A DNA stretch of 64,000 bases from contig CAVWNB010000004.1 in assembly GCA_963756235.1 (NCBI GenBank), positions 1,413,913 to 1,477,912 on the forward strand, in the 5' to 3' direction. Position 1 is the first letter of the stretch. Each line of letters starts with the position of its first letter. Below, piece after piece: positions 17,970 through 26,763 of this stretch. The translations under genes were made by a program, and so were the position numbers. Below the pieces are notes generated by a model that worked only from the letters and a program-made list of their open reading frames with translations, searched no databases and was not told where the DNA came from. This DNA is from an uncultured Solirubrobacteraceae bacterium (GTDB lineage: Bacteria; Actinomycetota; Thermoleophilia; Solirubrobacterales; Solirubrobacteraceae).

Positions 17970-18704
17970 CTAGTCGCCTATCTCGTCCGGCGCGCTGTGG
18001 CCTTCGGGCGCGAGGCGGTAGCCGATGCTCCGCACGTTGGGGATCAGTCCCTCGGCTCCCGCGCGTGCGAGGGCACGCCGCAAACGGGAGGCGTGCGAGT
18101 GCAGGGTGCGCGTGGCGCCAGCGGAGCGATAGCCCCACACGTCGCGCATCAGCTCGTCTTGGCTGTAGACCCGGTGCGGATGGCGCGCAAGGTGAGCGAG
18201 CAGCGCGTATTCCATCCGGCGCAGCGGCACCGCAACCGAGCCGACGCTTGCACGGCACGCCTGGGTGTCGATCTCCAGCACGCCGAACCGGATCAAGTCG
18301 GTGCGGTCGATCCTGCCCCGACGTAGGAGTGAGCCCACGCGAGCCAACAGCTCTGCGTACTCCCAGGGGGTTCGGAGTACGTCATCGGCGCCGGCGCTGA
18401 AAGCGCGAAGCGTCTCCGCTACGTCCTCGCTCGTCGTCACCCAAAGGACACGACTGTCGGGATTGACGTGCGGGCCGAGCTCGTCCGCTCGCAGCGAGCG
18501 CAGGACCGCGAGACTCGCAGCCCGGTCTCGCGTCGGACCGAAGATGATGAGGTCCGTGTCGTCTTCCGCGAAGCGGGCCTTGATGACCTCCGTATCCTCG
18601 GCGCGGCGCAGTAGAAAGCCGTCGAGAATCAGCTCCTCGGCGAGCGCATCGTTTCGTCGCCCCTCACCAACGACCAGCAGCGTCGCAGCCCTGGCGTTCA
18701 TCAC
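17970..18704 (-). CDS. second OmpR-family regulator with degenerate receiver domain
   Basis: AFSAGADDV, LRRMEYALL, TRTLHSHASRLRRAL, VRSIGYRL. Confidence 0.85.
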   Translation of the reverse strand: MMNARAATLLVVGEGRRNDALAEELILDGFLLRRAEDTEVIKARFAEDDTDLIIFGPTRDRAASLAVLRSLRADELGPHVNPDSRVLWVTTSEDVAETLRAFSAGADDVLRTPWEYAELLARVGSLLRRGRIDRTDLIRFGVLEIDTQACRASVGSVAVPLRRMEYALLAHLARHPHRVYSQDELMRDVWGYRSAGATRTLHSHASRLRRALARAGAEGLIPNVRSIGYRLAPEGHSAPDEIGD

Positions 18705-18798
18705 AAGCCTCCAATCAGGAGTGACCCCGCCTCAATGTCATCGTTGAGGCGCGGCCTTGGTTGATGGGTTTGGCCGACCCGGTGACTCGCGGTGGCCA

Positions 18799-19005
18799 TC
18801 AGCGCGTTCCGACCTCGAAGCGATAACCGCCGGTGCTGACGAACAGCGTCCATCCGCGGCGCTCGACACCGCCATGACGGCTGCGTTTCCGCATTAGCTG
18901 CACCGACCACGGATGCCAGCCACGATGGCCTCGGCTGCTGTGAACCACACGCGATTGGGCCACCCAGCGCGAATTGCGTAGCTGCGTCTTGTAGGTCTGC
19001 ATCAT
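18799..19005 (-). CDS. small basic hypothetical protein
   Basis: GAAAGGAG RBS before MMQTYK; lies downstream of a family B element. Confidence 0.45.
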   Translation of the reverse strand: MMQTYKTQLRNSRWVAQSRVVHSSRGHRGWHPWSVQLMRKRSRHGGVERRGWTLFVSTGGYRFEVGTR

Positions 19006-19061
19006 CTTTCTCCTTTCACCCTCGGCGTGCCCCATCAGGGCACCGTCCTTTCGGGTCGAAC

Positions 19062-19140
19062 GGCCCCGCCCAGCGCGGGGCCTACCCCGACCCCCTGCAC
19101 GCGGAGCGTGCGACCATCGGGGAGGGCGGCCCCGCAGCGC
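19062..19140. repeat. family B hairpin element
   Basis: ccccgc-ccagc-gcgggg ... gcacgc-gga-gcgtgc-gaccatcgggg. Confidence 0.6.
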
Positions 19141-19143
19141 CCG

Positions 19144-19872
19144 CTAGGCACCTGTGCCCAACTGCTCAAGCTCGCGCCTGACGACGCTGCTCGCCATCGG
19201 GATCGCATCCAGCCTGTGCGCCTGCTCGATGTAGTCGGCGACCAGCGCCTTCAGCGCCGAGTAGCCGTCCTGCTCCAGCTCGCGCTCCACGAGATAGGAG
19301 CGACCCTCGGCTGCGGCGGGTCGGTCGGTGATCCGCACGCCGCCGTTGATGCGCTGTCCGTAGAGAACGCGCTCGCCGCTGCTCACGCCGTAGCGCGCCA
19401 GCTCCGTGCGCTCGCCGGTCCGTCGAGGCTCGCTACCGTCATCGAAACGCAGGCACTCGCAGTAGGCGATAGGGCCATCGCGTCCTTCATCGAAGGCACC
19501 GATCAGTTCGGTTCGATGCTCGACATCCAGGCAGCGTGTGTCTCCTTGGCTGCTGTGCCTGCTCAGGCGGTGCCCGCAGACGCAGAGGGGATCATCGACC
19601 GGCGCCTGGCTCCAGGTGGCGGTTGAGCCGTAGCCGGATACCTCGTGGTCCGCTACCGCCGTGGCGTAGACAAGGCTGCGCTCGTCGGTCTCCTCCATCT
19701 CCGAAGGAGGGGTGCAACCTGAGTCCTTGAGCTCAACCAGGCGCTCGACTTCACGGCTTGCCTGCCAGCGCGTCTTGGGGTAGGTGAAACTCGTTCCGGT
19801 CTGCTCCGCAAGAGATTTCAGAAAGCGAAGCTGCCGATCGGTAGGACGGTTTTTGGTGGTCGATAGGCTCAT
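19144..19872 (-). CDS. hypothetical protein with Cys/His metal-binding segment
   Basis: PTDRQLRFLKSL..ASREVERL; CVCGH...H...C...CEC; CAGGAG RBS. Confidence 0.7.
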   Translation of the reverse strand: MSLSTTKNRPTDRQLRFLKSLAEQTGTSFTYPKTRWQASREVERLVELKDSGCTPPSEMEETDERSLVYATAVADHEVSGYGSTATWSQAPVDDPLCVCGHRLSRHSSQGDTRCLDVEHRTELIGAFDEGRDGPIAYCECLRFDDGSEPRRTGERTELARYGVSSGERVLYGQRINGGVRITDRPAAAEGRSYLVERELEQDGYSALKALVADYIEQAHRLDAIPMASSVVRRELEQLGTGA

Positions 19873-19885
19873 TTGTTCTCCTGTT

Positions 19886-20044
19886 GGTCGGGGTTGAGCA
19901 CGCCCCGGCCAGAGCGGGCCGGCGAGGCGGGTCAAGCCCTGTCCCGTCAGGGATCGCCGCAGGCGACGCGCAGCGCAGGGCTTTACGCGCCGCAAAGCCG
20001 GTTTGCTGGCCTTAAGGGGTGCGCTCGATCTCGGCCGGACTGGA
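19886..20044. repeat. family A ~140-160 bp repeat, copy 1 (Frpo/ssi-like)
   Basis: Near-identical to the 20758 and 23069 copies; folds into a long stem (gtcaagccctg/cagggctttac, ggccag/ctggcc). Confidence 0.85.
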
Positions 20045-20128
20045 GGGACGCCCGTTGACATTGCCCAGCCGTCCCTTCGGGTCTTCGCGCCGTGGATCGT
20101 CACGACGTACCGCTTGATCCCGGTTCGC

Positions 20129-20743
20129 TTACGCATCGCCGAGGAGCCTCGTCCGCACGCGCTCGGCGTGGTCGCCACGAGCCAGATTGAAGACCGGCAC
20201 GCCGTAGTGGTGAGCGATCCGCAACGCCTGGCCGGTTCCGCCGACGCGCCGGCCGGTGCCATCGAGGCTGCCGTCAGCCGTCCAGCACAAGACGAATCGG
20301 GCGGGCGAGGCGAGGTCGGCCCCGAGTACCTGATGACAGTTGCGTGCGTGCAGGTGACGCACACCCCCGCTCAGGCTGCCCCACGCAGGGTGAAAGTGTG
20401 AAGCCATCGTGTAGGCAGCCTGGGACGGTTGCGCAAGGGTGAACTCCCGCATCCCCGACCGGCGCGCGGACGCCTCGAAGCGCGCCCACGGCAAGTAGAG
20501 CTCGACCGCTCCGTTCGCAGCCGCGCCACGGTAAAACGCTTGATCGGCGCCACCAGCCATGCCCGTGCGCAAAACCCAGCCTTGCGCGGCGAGCTCGGCG
20601 GCGACGCTGCCCATGAGCGCGAGAACCGCGGGCGGGGTCTTGCGCGAGCCGATCCCCGCGTAGGACGGGTGACACGTTGACGGCCAGCCCGTCGGCGAGG
20701 CGTGGCGCGGACCGCTTGCAGGCCGCGGTGAGTGCGTAAGCAT
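20129..20743 (-). CDS. SLOG-superfamily (DprA/YspA-like) protein
   Basis: YAGIGSRKTP, LRTGMAGGADQAF, HARN, GGTGQALRIA...VPVFNL. Confidence 0.8.
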   Translation of the reverse strand: MLTHSPRPASGPRHASPTGWPSTCHPSYAGIGSRKTPPAVLALMGSVAAELAAQGWVLRTGMAGGADQAFYRGAAANGAVELYLPWARFEASARRSGMREFTLAQPSQAAYTMASHFHPAWGSLSGGVRHLHARNCHQVLGADLASPARFVLCWTADGSLDGTGRRVGGTGQALRIAHHYGVPVFNLARGDHAERVRTRLLGDA

Positions 20744-20757
20744 CGAGTCCTCCTGCT

Positions 20758-20916
20758 GGTCGGGGTTGAGCACGCCCCGGCCTGAGCGGGCCGGCGAGGC
20801 GAGTCAAGCTCTGTCCTGTCAGGGATCGCCGCAGGCGACGCGCAGCGCAGGGCTTTACGCGCCGCAGAGCCGGTTTGCTGGCCTTAAGGGGTGGGCTCGA
20901 CCCCGACCGGACTGGA
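20758..20916. repeat. family A repeat, copy 2
   Basis: ggtcggggttgagcacgccccggcc...ggtttgctggccttaaggggtg. Confidence 0.85.
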
Positions 20917-20936
20917 AGTGAGCCCCTGAACTTCGC

Positions 20937-21746
20937 TCAGGCTTCGCACCAGCCCCCGCACTCCCCGTCGAGGACGCTCAGTTGGCCGCGTTCCTCGGGA
21001 GAGCGCAGGTCGATCTCGCTCAGGGGCCGGCAGTCGCGGTGCAGGTAGACATCGCCTCGCATCTTCGGCAGGTGGCGGATCGCGGCGTCCACCTGGATCG
21101 CGTCTGAGCGCTCAGCCGGAGTCAGAGCGCTCCAGCCGAAGCGGCTGCGAAATGGACAGCCGATGCACGCCGACTTCGGCGGCTCGGGATGACCGTGCTC
21201 CTTGAGCCACGCAAGGCACGACGCGCGCGTGAGGCCAGCGGCGATGAGCGGCCATGCCACCGCAGCCCACTTCACGCGACTCGGTGACATCCGCTCGCTC
21301 TCATCGCGCGTGATGCCGAGCAGTTGCACTACTGGCCGCTTCGGGCCGTAGCCTCGGCTGCGCAGCCAGCGGCGCATCGGGTCGATCTTGAACTCGCGGG
21401 TACATTGCCGGCGCAGCTGACCGCTATCGACGCCGTTGGGCGCTTGGACATAGAGCGGCGGGCTGGCGAAGCGCGCGCGGCCCGCGGCATGGTCGAGCAA
21501 CTGCTGACGAATGTTCCCCGCGCTCACGCGATGGATCGGGATGCGCTTGACGGTGCGTTCTAGGTAGGACAGTTGCTCGTAGACGGCTGCTGGCTCCCAG
21601 CCGGTGTCGGCGAACAGCGCTGCCGCAGGCAGCGGCCCAGGCAGCTCCCCCGCATCGAGCATCAGCAGCAGGGCGCTTGACTGAACGCCGGCGCCCAGCG
21701 AGACGAACTGCGGGCGGGTGTCATTTGCGGGCGGCATAACTTCCAT
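20937..21746 (-). CDS. PAPS reductase-like / PP-loop family protein
   Basis: SLGAGVQS, FADTGWE, RQCTREFKIDP, GITRDESER, PKSACIGCPF. Confidence 0.8.
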   Translation of the reverse strand: MEVMPPANDTRPQFVSLGAGVQSSALLLMLDAGELPGPLPAAALFADTGWEPAAVYEQLSYLERTVKRIPIHRVSAGNIRQQLLDHAAGRARFASPPLYVQAPNGVDSGQLRRQCTREFKIDPMRRWLRSRGYGPKRPVVQLLGITRDESERMSPSRVKWAAVAWPLIAAGLTRASCLAWLKEHGHPEPPKSACIGCPFRSRFGWSALTPAERSDAIQVDAAIRHLPKMRGDVYLHRDCRPLSEIDLRSPEERGQLSVLDGECGGWCEA

Positions 21747-21821
21747 CGCCGACCTCCCTACCGTCGTTCACCAATAGTGAAAAGAGACTGCGGGAATCAC
21801 TCATAAGTCGAGTCCTCCTGT

Positions 21822-21910
21822 GGGTGGCACCCGCAACAGTGCGGGCGCCGGTGGCAGGCCATCCCGCACCCCGCAGGGGTGCGATCCTGATGGCTGCCGG
21901 CGCAACGCAG
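21822..21910. repeat. family B hairpin element
   Basis: cccgca-acag-tgcggg ... cgcacccc-gca-ggggtgcg-atcc inside a gcgccgg/ccggcgc stem. Confidence 0.6.
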
Positions 21911-21938
21911 GCCCGGCGGTGAATACCGTGAAAGCTCG

Positions 21939-22679
21939 TCAGTCGAGCTCGAACTGAGCGAGAAGACGATCGCGCCAGCGCACGGCATACCGAACGCAGC
22001 TGGAGCAACGCTGGTGCTGACAGGACGGAAGTGGCGCGTCGTAGCGCGCCTGTAGGGACCAGGCGGTCGAATCGGCCGAGGCCAGCACCTCCGCGCATCC
22101 AGCCAGGCCGCGCGTCTTCACGCCGAAGGCGTGCAGCGCGAAGCCCCTCATCGCGAGCGCCCACAGGATGTCCTCGACCTGCCGGCTGCCTTGGCGCGAG
22201 CAGATCGAACCGACGCCGACTCGCGGCTCACGGGCGAGGTCGATACCTTCGGCGACGTAGAGGGCGGCGCAGCGCTCGTAGTCCGTCAGTCGCCAACCTT
22301 GAAGGACCGGCACAAAGGGAAGGTCGGGGGCGCGCTGGCGGAGCTCAACGAAGTTGGCGACGGTGCGCCGCTGATGCTCTTTGACCGTGAGACCCGTGCG
22401 CGCGAGCGTGGCGGGCTCACACATCCAGTCCATCGAGAAGGCGAACTCAAGTCGGCCGATCTCCTGCGCATAACGCCGGGTCGCCTCGATGTACTGATCG
22501 ACGCTCGTCAGCCAGCGGCCGTGAAGTTGCAGTTCGGAGTAGCCACCGGAGTCGAGCGCCCAGCCGGCCGCCGCGCGCGGCAGTGTCGCGCAACGCGCCA
22601 AGCGCCTGTGCGAGACAAATAGAGGCCCGATCCCGAGCCGCAGCCAGCCCGTTTCGTGCGTTCCGAGGTAAAACCTCAT
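21939..22679 (-). CDS. TGT-fold / DpdA-like base-exchange (deazapurine DNA modification) protein
   Basis: ALDSGGYS, MDWMCEP, VPVLQGW, GVGSICSR, LHAFGVK, SADSTAWS, C-terminal C.H..C..C. Confidence 0.75.
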   Translation of the reverse strand: MRFYLGTHETGWLRLGIGPLFVSHRRLARCATLPRAAAGWALDSGGYSELQLHGRWLTSVDQYIEATRRYAQEIGRLEFAFSMDWMCEPATLARTGLTVKEHQRRTVANFVELRQRAPDLPFVPVLQGWRLTDYERCAALYVAEGIDLAREPRVGVGSICSRQGSRQVEDILWALAMRGFALHAFGVKTRGLAGCAEVLASADSTAWSLQARYDAPLPSCQHQRCSSCVRYAVRWRDRLLAQFELD

Positions 22680-22703
22680 CGTCCGATGCCCGAGCGATCC
22701 CGC

Positions 22704-23054
22704 TCATGCCGCGAGCGCGAGCCAGCTTTGCCGCTCCAACTCGCTCGCGTTCGCCAACCGCACCAACACATCGCCGTGGCAGGGCCGCGGCGCACACCAA
22801 CAGCCGAGCACCAACCCGCGCAGCTCATCGAGCGAGGCCATCAGCGCATCGTTTTCGCGCAGCCAACTTTCGTACAGCGCAATGCACTCGCCGCGTGCGC
22901 CGTGCTTGCCCACCACGAACGGGTTGCCCCACTTCGAGGGGCGCCCGATGTAAACGTGGTGACGCTCGCGCTTGCAATGCACCGCACGCGGCGTTCCGAG
23001 CTTCACATGCGCTGGGACGAGCAGACCGCTGTTTCGCCTTGAGTACCTATTCAC
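22704..23054 (-). CDS. DUF4326 domain protein
   Basis: VYIGRPSKWGNPF...ELRGLVLGCWCAPRPCHGDVL. Confidence 0.85.
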   Translation of the reverse strand: MNRYSRRNSGLLVPAHVKLGTPRAVHCKRERHHVYIGRPSKWGNPFVVGKHGARGECIALYESWLRENDALMASLDELRGLVLGCWCAPRPCHGDVLVRLANASELERQSWLALAA

Positions 23055-23068
23055 CGCTTCTCCTTTTG

Positions 23069-23210
23069 GGTCGTGGTTGAGCACGCCCCGGCCTGAGCGG
23101 GCCGGCGAGGCGGGTCAAGCCCTGTCCCGGCAGGGATCGCCGTAGGCGACGCGCAGCGCAGGGCTTTACGCGGCGGAAAGCCGGTTTGCTGGCCTTAAGG
23201 GGTGAGCTCG
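23069..23210. repeat. family A repeat, copy 3
   Basis: Same ~135 bp core directly upstream of the AAGGAG RBS of DUF4326. Confidence 0.85.
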
Positions 23211-23262
23211 GCCACGGCCCCGAGAAGCGGCAGTGGACTCACTAGGCCCAGCGGTCTACTCG

Positions 23263-23766
23263 TCAGTCTCGCAAGCTGAAGTGAAGCTCTCGCCAATGAC
23301 GGATGTGACACAGGCAACCGTTGACTGCGCGAAACCGTGAGCCGCCCTCGTAGGTGAATGTGCGGTGTACCTCGGCGTTGGTGAACGTGAGCGGATCGGC
23401 GAACGCGACGCTCTGCCCCTTGCGTGGAAGTGGCTTTGCCAGGCGGGCGCGGCAGCGTTCGCGCCACTCGCGCGCGTGGTCGTTGCTCGGTGTGCCCAGC
23501 AGGTCGAGGATGCGCGCGGGGCAGCCGTCCTCGACCGGCCCCATGTCCTCGCTGACAGGCTTGGTGTAGAGGAGGCCCTTCTCACGCTCGGTGAGCAACA
23601 CGAGGCCGAATATCTCATCGCCCTTGTGTGCTCGAACGGCTGCGTAGACGACCTTGCCGTAGCGCACGGCGTCGATGACGCGCGCGGCGAAGTCCGCGCC
23701 AAGGTCGAACTCGATCGCAGCGCGCGCGGTGAACGGACCTTCAAGTTGTCCAGCGGTCCAGCCCAT
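23263..23766 (-). CDS. DUF6927-like protein
   Basis: MGW...YAAVR...YTKPVSEDMGP...CPARILDLL...AREWRERC. Confidence 0.7.
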   Translation of the reverse strand: MGWTAGQLEGPFTARAAIEFDLGADFAARVIDAVRYGKVVYAAVRAHKGDEIFGLVLLTEREKGLLYTKPVSEDMGPVEDGCPARILDLLGTPSNDHAREWRERCRARLAKPLPRKGQSVAFADPLTFTNAEVHRTFTYEGGSRFRAVNGCLCHIRHWRELHFSLRD

Positions 23767-23789
23767 GATTCCTCCCGTGGGATTCGGCG

Positions 23790-23872
23790 ACCCGCCCCGA
23801 CGGCGGGCCTTTGCCCCTCCCCTGCACGCCTCGGGCGTGCGACCATCGGGGGAGGCAAGGCACCGCCGCCGG
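23790..23872. repeat. family B hairpin element
   Basis: cccgcc-ccgac-ggcggg ... gcacgcc-tcg-ggcgtgc-gaccatcggggg. Confidence 0.6.
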
Positions 23873-23885
23873 TCACGGTTACTTG

Positions 23886-25778
23886 CTATGCCGCGGCCGG
23901 GACCTGCTCCTCCTCGGACTCGCTGGCGTCCTCGGTGTCCGCTTCGGTCGCGCGCTGCTCCTGAGCGTCACGCAGCCTGCCGGTCTCGGGATGGAACTCA
24001 CCCCACACGAGGTCGGCATCGGCGATTGCTCGATCGAGCTCGTCGCCGTCCAGCTGGTCGAGCCGGTCGCTGACTCCATCGAGGCGGGCGAGGGCCTGTG
24101 CGATCTCGGTCTCGCGGCGGGCGTTCTCCTCGTCCTTGGCGGTCCGCTCGGTGAGGATGTCATCGAGCGCCGGCAGCTGGCCCTCCTTGATGCGTTCCCT
24201 GACGATCGCGTTCAGGTCGCGCTCGGCGGCTGCGGCCAGCGGTCCGTTGAAGTGCAGCGTGTAGTAGCTGCGCCGCTGCGTGGCGATGACCTCCTCATCG
24301 GCCAACGACGCGAGCGCGATCAACGTCAGCGCCCGGCCGGCGATGTCACCCGCCGCCTGCGCGTCTGCCAGGTAGCGGCTCGCGCGCTCGTGCGCCTCCT
24401 GCGCCTCCAGGTAGACGGTCTTGGTGTCCCCGTCGCCCTGTGAGCTCTGGCTGATCCAGCCGGGCAACGCAAGCCGAGCGCCCCGCGCCGCGATCCCCCG
24501 CAGCTCGCCGCTGAGGTTGACCGAAGCGAGGATGCGAAGGACCCGCTCATCGACCTTGATCCGCGGCAGGTACTTGAACACGAGCAGTCCGACCGCTTCG
24601 TTGAAGCGGGTCGCCTTCTCGCGCTTCTCCTCTTGCTCTTTGCGCTGGGCCTTCGCCTCCTCCTTGATGCGCGCCTCGCGCTCCTCGACGGTCTCCGTCT
24701 TGGCGCTCTCGCCATCGGAGCCTGCCTCGGGAGCGCCTGACGGCGGCTGGGCGGCGCTGCGCATCCGCTCGGCGTCGCGTTCGGCCTTGATCCGCGCGCG
24801 CACCGCCTTGAGGCTCTGAGCGATGTGGTCCTCGGCGAGCGCGTCGCCGACATCCTGGCCGACGATCAGCTGCGACCAGCCCCCGATCTCGTGAACCGCC
24901 TTGAGCCGGCGTGCGTGCTCGACCACATCGGGGGTGAAGGACACCGATTCGAGCTTCCGGCCGGTTGCCTTCTCGTAGGCAATCAGGTTCTTCACTGCCT
25001 TCTCGCCGAGGGTGAACGCCCCGACGGGGTAGCGGCGGTTGGACTGGAACATCCCCGCCGGCAGCGGGTCGGTGTGAAGTACGCCGAGCGACAGCGCATC
25101 GTTGGCGAACTCGCTCCAGGTGGGCGCTTCGTCACCGTCCTCGGCGTTGAGCACAGCTGCGACGGCGTTACGCGCAAGCTCCTCGTGGATTTTGCAGAGC
25201 TCCGCGAGAGCCTTCACGGCCAGCAGCGGGATCGTCTCCCCGGCGACGAGCCTGCTCAGGGCGTCCGGCAGGGCGAGGATCGTCAGGTGATCCCTGATCC
25301 GCCGTTCGCGGGAGCTGCGCTTGGCCTTGCCGCCCAAGCGCTCGGCGACACCGCGAACGTTCAATCCGCAGTCGAGCATCGCCTTGTAGCCCTGCGCCCG
25401 CTGGAGTGGGTTCAGGTCGCTGCGGACCTCGTTCTCGATCATCGCGTCCGTCAGCAGCTCCAACCGCTCGGCCTCGTCACCCGCGCCGGCGGGCAGTACG
25501 TTCGCGGGGATCTCGGTCAGCTCTGCTTTCGTGGCTGCGCGGTAGCGCCGCTCACCCGCGATGAGCAGGTAGTCCTCGCCGTCGATCGCGCGAACGAGTA
25601 CCGGCTGAAGGCAGCCGCGCTCGCGCATCGTCTCGGCCATCGCGTCGAGCTCGGCGTCGATGATCTCGCCACGCGGGTTGAAACCCTCCTGCACGGTGAT
25701 CCGCGAAAGCGGAATGTGACGCAGCTCGGCGCGGCCGTGCGCGCCGTTGGTGTTCTGGGTGGTGCTCGGGGCGGCCAT
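23886..25778 (-). CDS. long ParB-like protein
   Basis: FNPR, GCLQPVLVR, LIAGERRYRA, IENEVRSDLNPLQRA; HTH and a long C-terminal extension. Confidence 0.9.
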   Translation of the reverse strand: MAAPSTTQNTNGAHGRAELRHIPLSRITVQEGFNPRGEIIDAELDAMAETMRERGCLQPVLVRAIDGEDYLLIAGERRYRAATKAELTEIPANVLPAGAGDEAERLELLTDAMIENEVRSDLNPLQRAQGYKAMLDCGLNVRGVAERLGGKAKRSSRERRIRDHLTILALPDALSRLVAGETIPLLAVKALAELCKIHEELARNAVAAVLNAEDGDEAPTWSEFANDALSLGVLHTDPLPAGMFQSNRRYPVGAFTLGEKAVKNLIAYEKATGRKLESVSFTPDVVEHARRLKAVHEIGGWSQLIVGQDVGDALAEDHIAQSLKAVRARIKAERDAERMRSAAQPPSGAPEAGSDGESAKTETVEEREARIKEEAKAQRKEQEEKREKATRFNEAVGLLVFKYLPRIKVDERVLRILASVNLSGELRGIAARGARLALPGWISQSSQGDGDTKTVYLEAQEAHERASRYLADAQAAGDIAGRALTLIALASLADEEVIATQRRSYYTLHFNGPLAAAAERDLNAIVRERIKEGQLPALDDILTERTAKDEENARRETEIAQALARLDGVSDRLDQLDGDELDRAIADADLVWGEFHPETGRLRDAQEQRATEADTEDASESEEEQVPAAA

Positions 25779-25800
25779 AAAGGCCCTCCTTTTTCACGCA

Positions 25801-25880
25801 GGGCTCCCCCCAGCGGGGAGCCGTCCCCGACCAACCCGCACGCGCCAGCGTGCGAAAATCGGAAGGGGCCGGCTCGCGCT
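25801..25880. repeat. family B hairpin element
   Basis: ggctcccc-ccagc-ggggagcc ... cgcacgc-gcca-gcgtgcg-aaaatcgg. Confidence 0.6.
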
Positions 25881-25927
25881 GCGCCAGTCGGTCGCAGGCG
25901 CTATCTCGATCGGGGCTGGCGCGGCTG

Positions 25928-26320
25928 TCAGCGCTCGTCGCGCTCTAGCTGCTCAAAGGCGTCGTCGGGCACGTCGATCACCGTGTCGTAGCCCAGCGCC
26001 TTGAGGTGTTCGAGAACGACTCCGACGTGCTCATAGACGCACTCCCTAACCCTGTCGTTGGGGTTGAGGTTCTTGTGCTCGTGATCGTCGGTCCGCATGA
26101 CGGGATGGTGGCCGGGAGGTCCGAGCGTGAGATGCGCCACATGGGTCGGCACGCCCCTATGCCCGGTGAAGGTGGACGTGAGCTCGAACGCGAGCTCCGG
26201 GTCGGGCAGCGTCGTCGCGATCACGAGGGCGCGGGGGCCGACGCGAGCGGCGATCGTCTCGCTCTGGACCCGGCGGCCGTCGAGCTTGACTTCGAGCGCG
26301 ATCGTGCGTTGCGTGCTCAC
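25928..26320 (-). CDS. hypothetical protein
   Basis: 130 aa ORF, same orientation as its neighbours. Confidence 0.55.
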   Translation of the reverse strand: MSTQRTIALEVKLDGRRVQSETIAARVGPRALVIATTLPDPELAFELTSTFTGHRGVPTHVAHLTLGPPGHHPVMRTDDHEHKNLNPNDRVRECVYEHVGVVLEHLKALGYDTVIDVPDDAFEQLERDER

Positions 26321-26418
26321 GGCCCGCTACGGTAGCGCCCGCCTGGGAGACCTTCTTTTCGGCGGCGCTGGCGCGAGCCGTCGATGCCGGGCCGCGGCTA
26401 AACTCGTTGTCTCATCGC

Positions 26419-26492
26419 GCCGGAGTAGCTCAGTTGGTTAGAGCAGTGGAGTCATAATCCAAAGGTCGCAGGTTCGAGTCCTGCCTCCGGTA
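26419..26492 (+). tRNA. tRNA with CAT anticodon (elongator Met or Ile2), element-borne
   Basis: GCCGGAG/CTCCGGT acceptor stem, TAGCTCAGTTGGTTAGAGC D-arm, TGGA-GTCATAA-TCCA anticodon arm, GCAGG-TTCGAGT-CCTGC T-arm; TAAACT -10 at 26399; no encoded CCA. Confidence 0.9.
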
Positions 26493-26529
26493 CTTTCGAG
26501 CTGGCGGCGGCCGGCGAGACTGTAGGCGG

Positions 26530-26763
26530 TCAGTATTCGGCGGCGATGACGCCGTGCTCGATGGTGTGAGCGCCCGTGGGACGGTAGGCCGGGCCTCGGC
26601 TGTGGTGGAGCCAGTTGATGATCTCTTGCGGTGGCGGGAAGTGGCGCAGAACGTCAACGTCGATCCAGCGGTATCCGCAGCGCTCGCACTCGAAGTAGCC
26701 GGGGCACGGTTCGGTGGGTACGTGGCGGTGGCCGTCGTGGGGTTCGTTCGGGCGTTGTGGCAT
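26530..26763 (-). CDS. small Cys/His-rich (Zn-ribbon-like) protein
   Basis: CAGGAGG RBS; CPGYFECERCGYRW. Confidence 0.6.
   Translation of the reverse strand: MPQRPNEPHDGHRHVPTEPCPGYFECERCGYRWIDVDVLRHFPPPQEIINWLHHSRGPAYRPTGAHTIEHGVIAAEY

Noticed and set aside
21721-21804. 27 aa ORF with a good RBS overlapping the start of the PAPS-reductase-like gene
   Set aside because: I cannot distinguish a leader peptide from a remnant or a frameshifted N-terminus, so it is not called.
19886-23210. Family A/B repeats as a CRISPR array or integron attC sites
   Set aside because: The units are 80-160 bp and separated by whole genes. There are no cas genes, no RYYYAAC/GTTRRRY attC ends, and the repeats lie at gene 5' ends.
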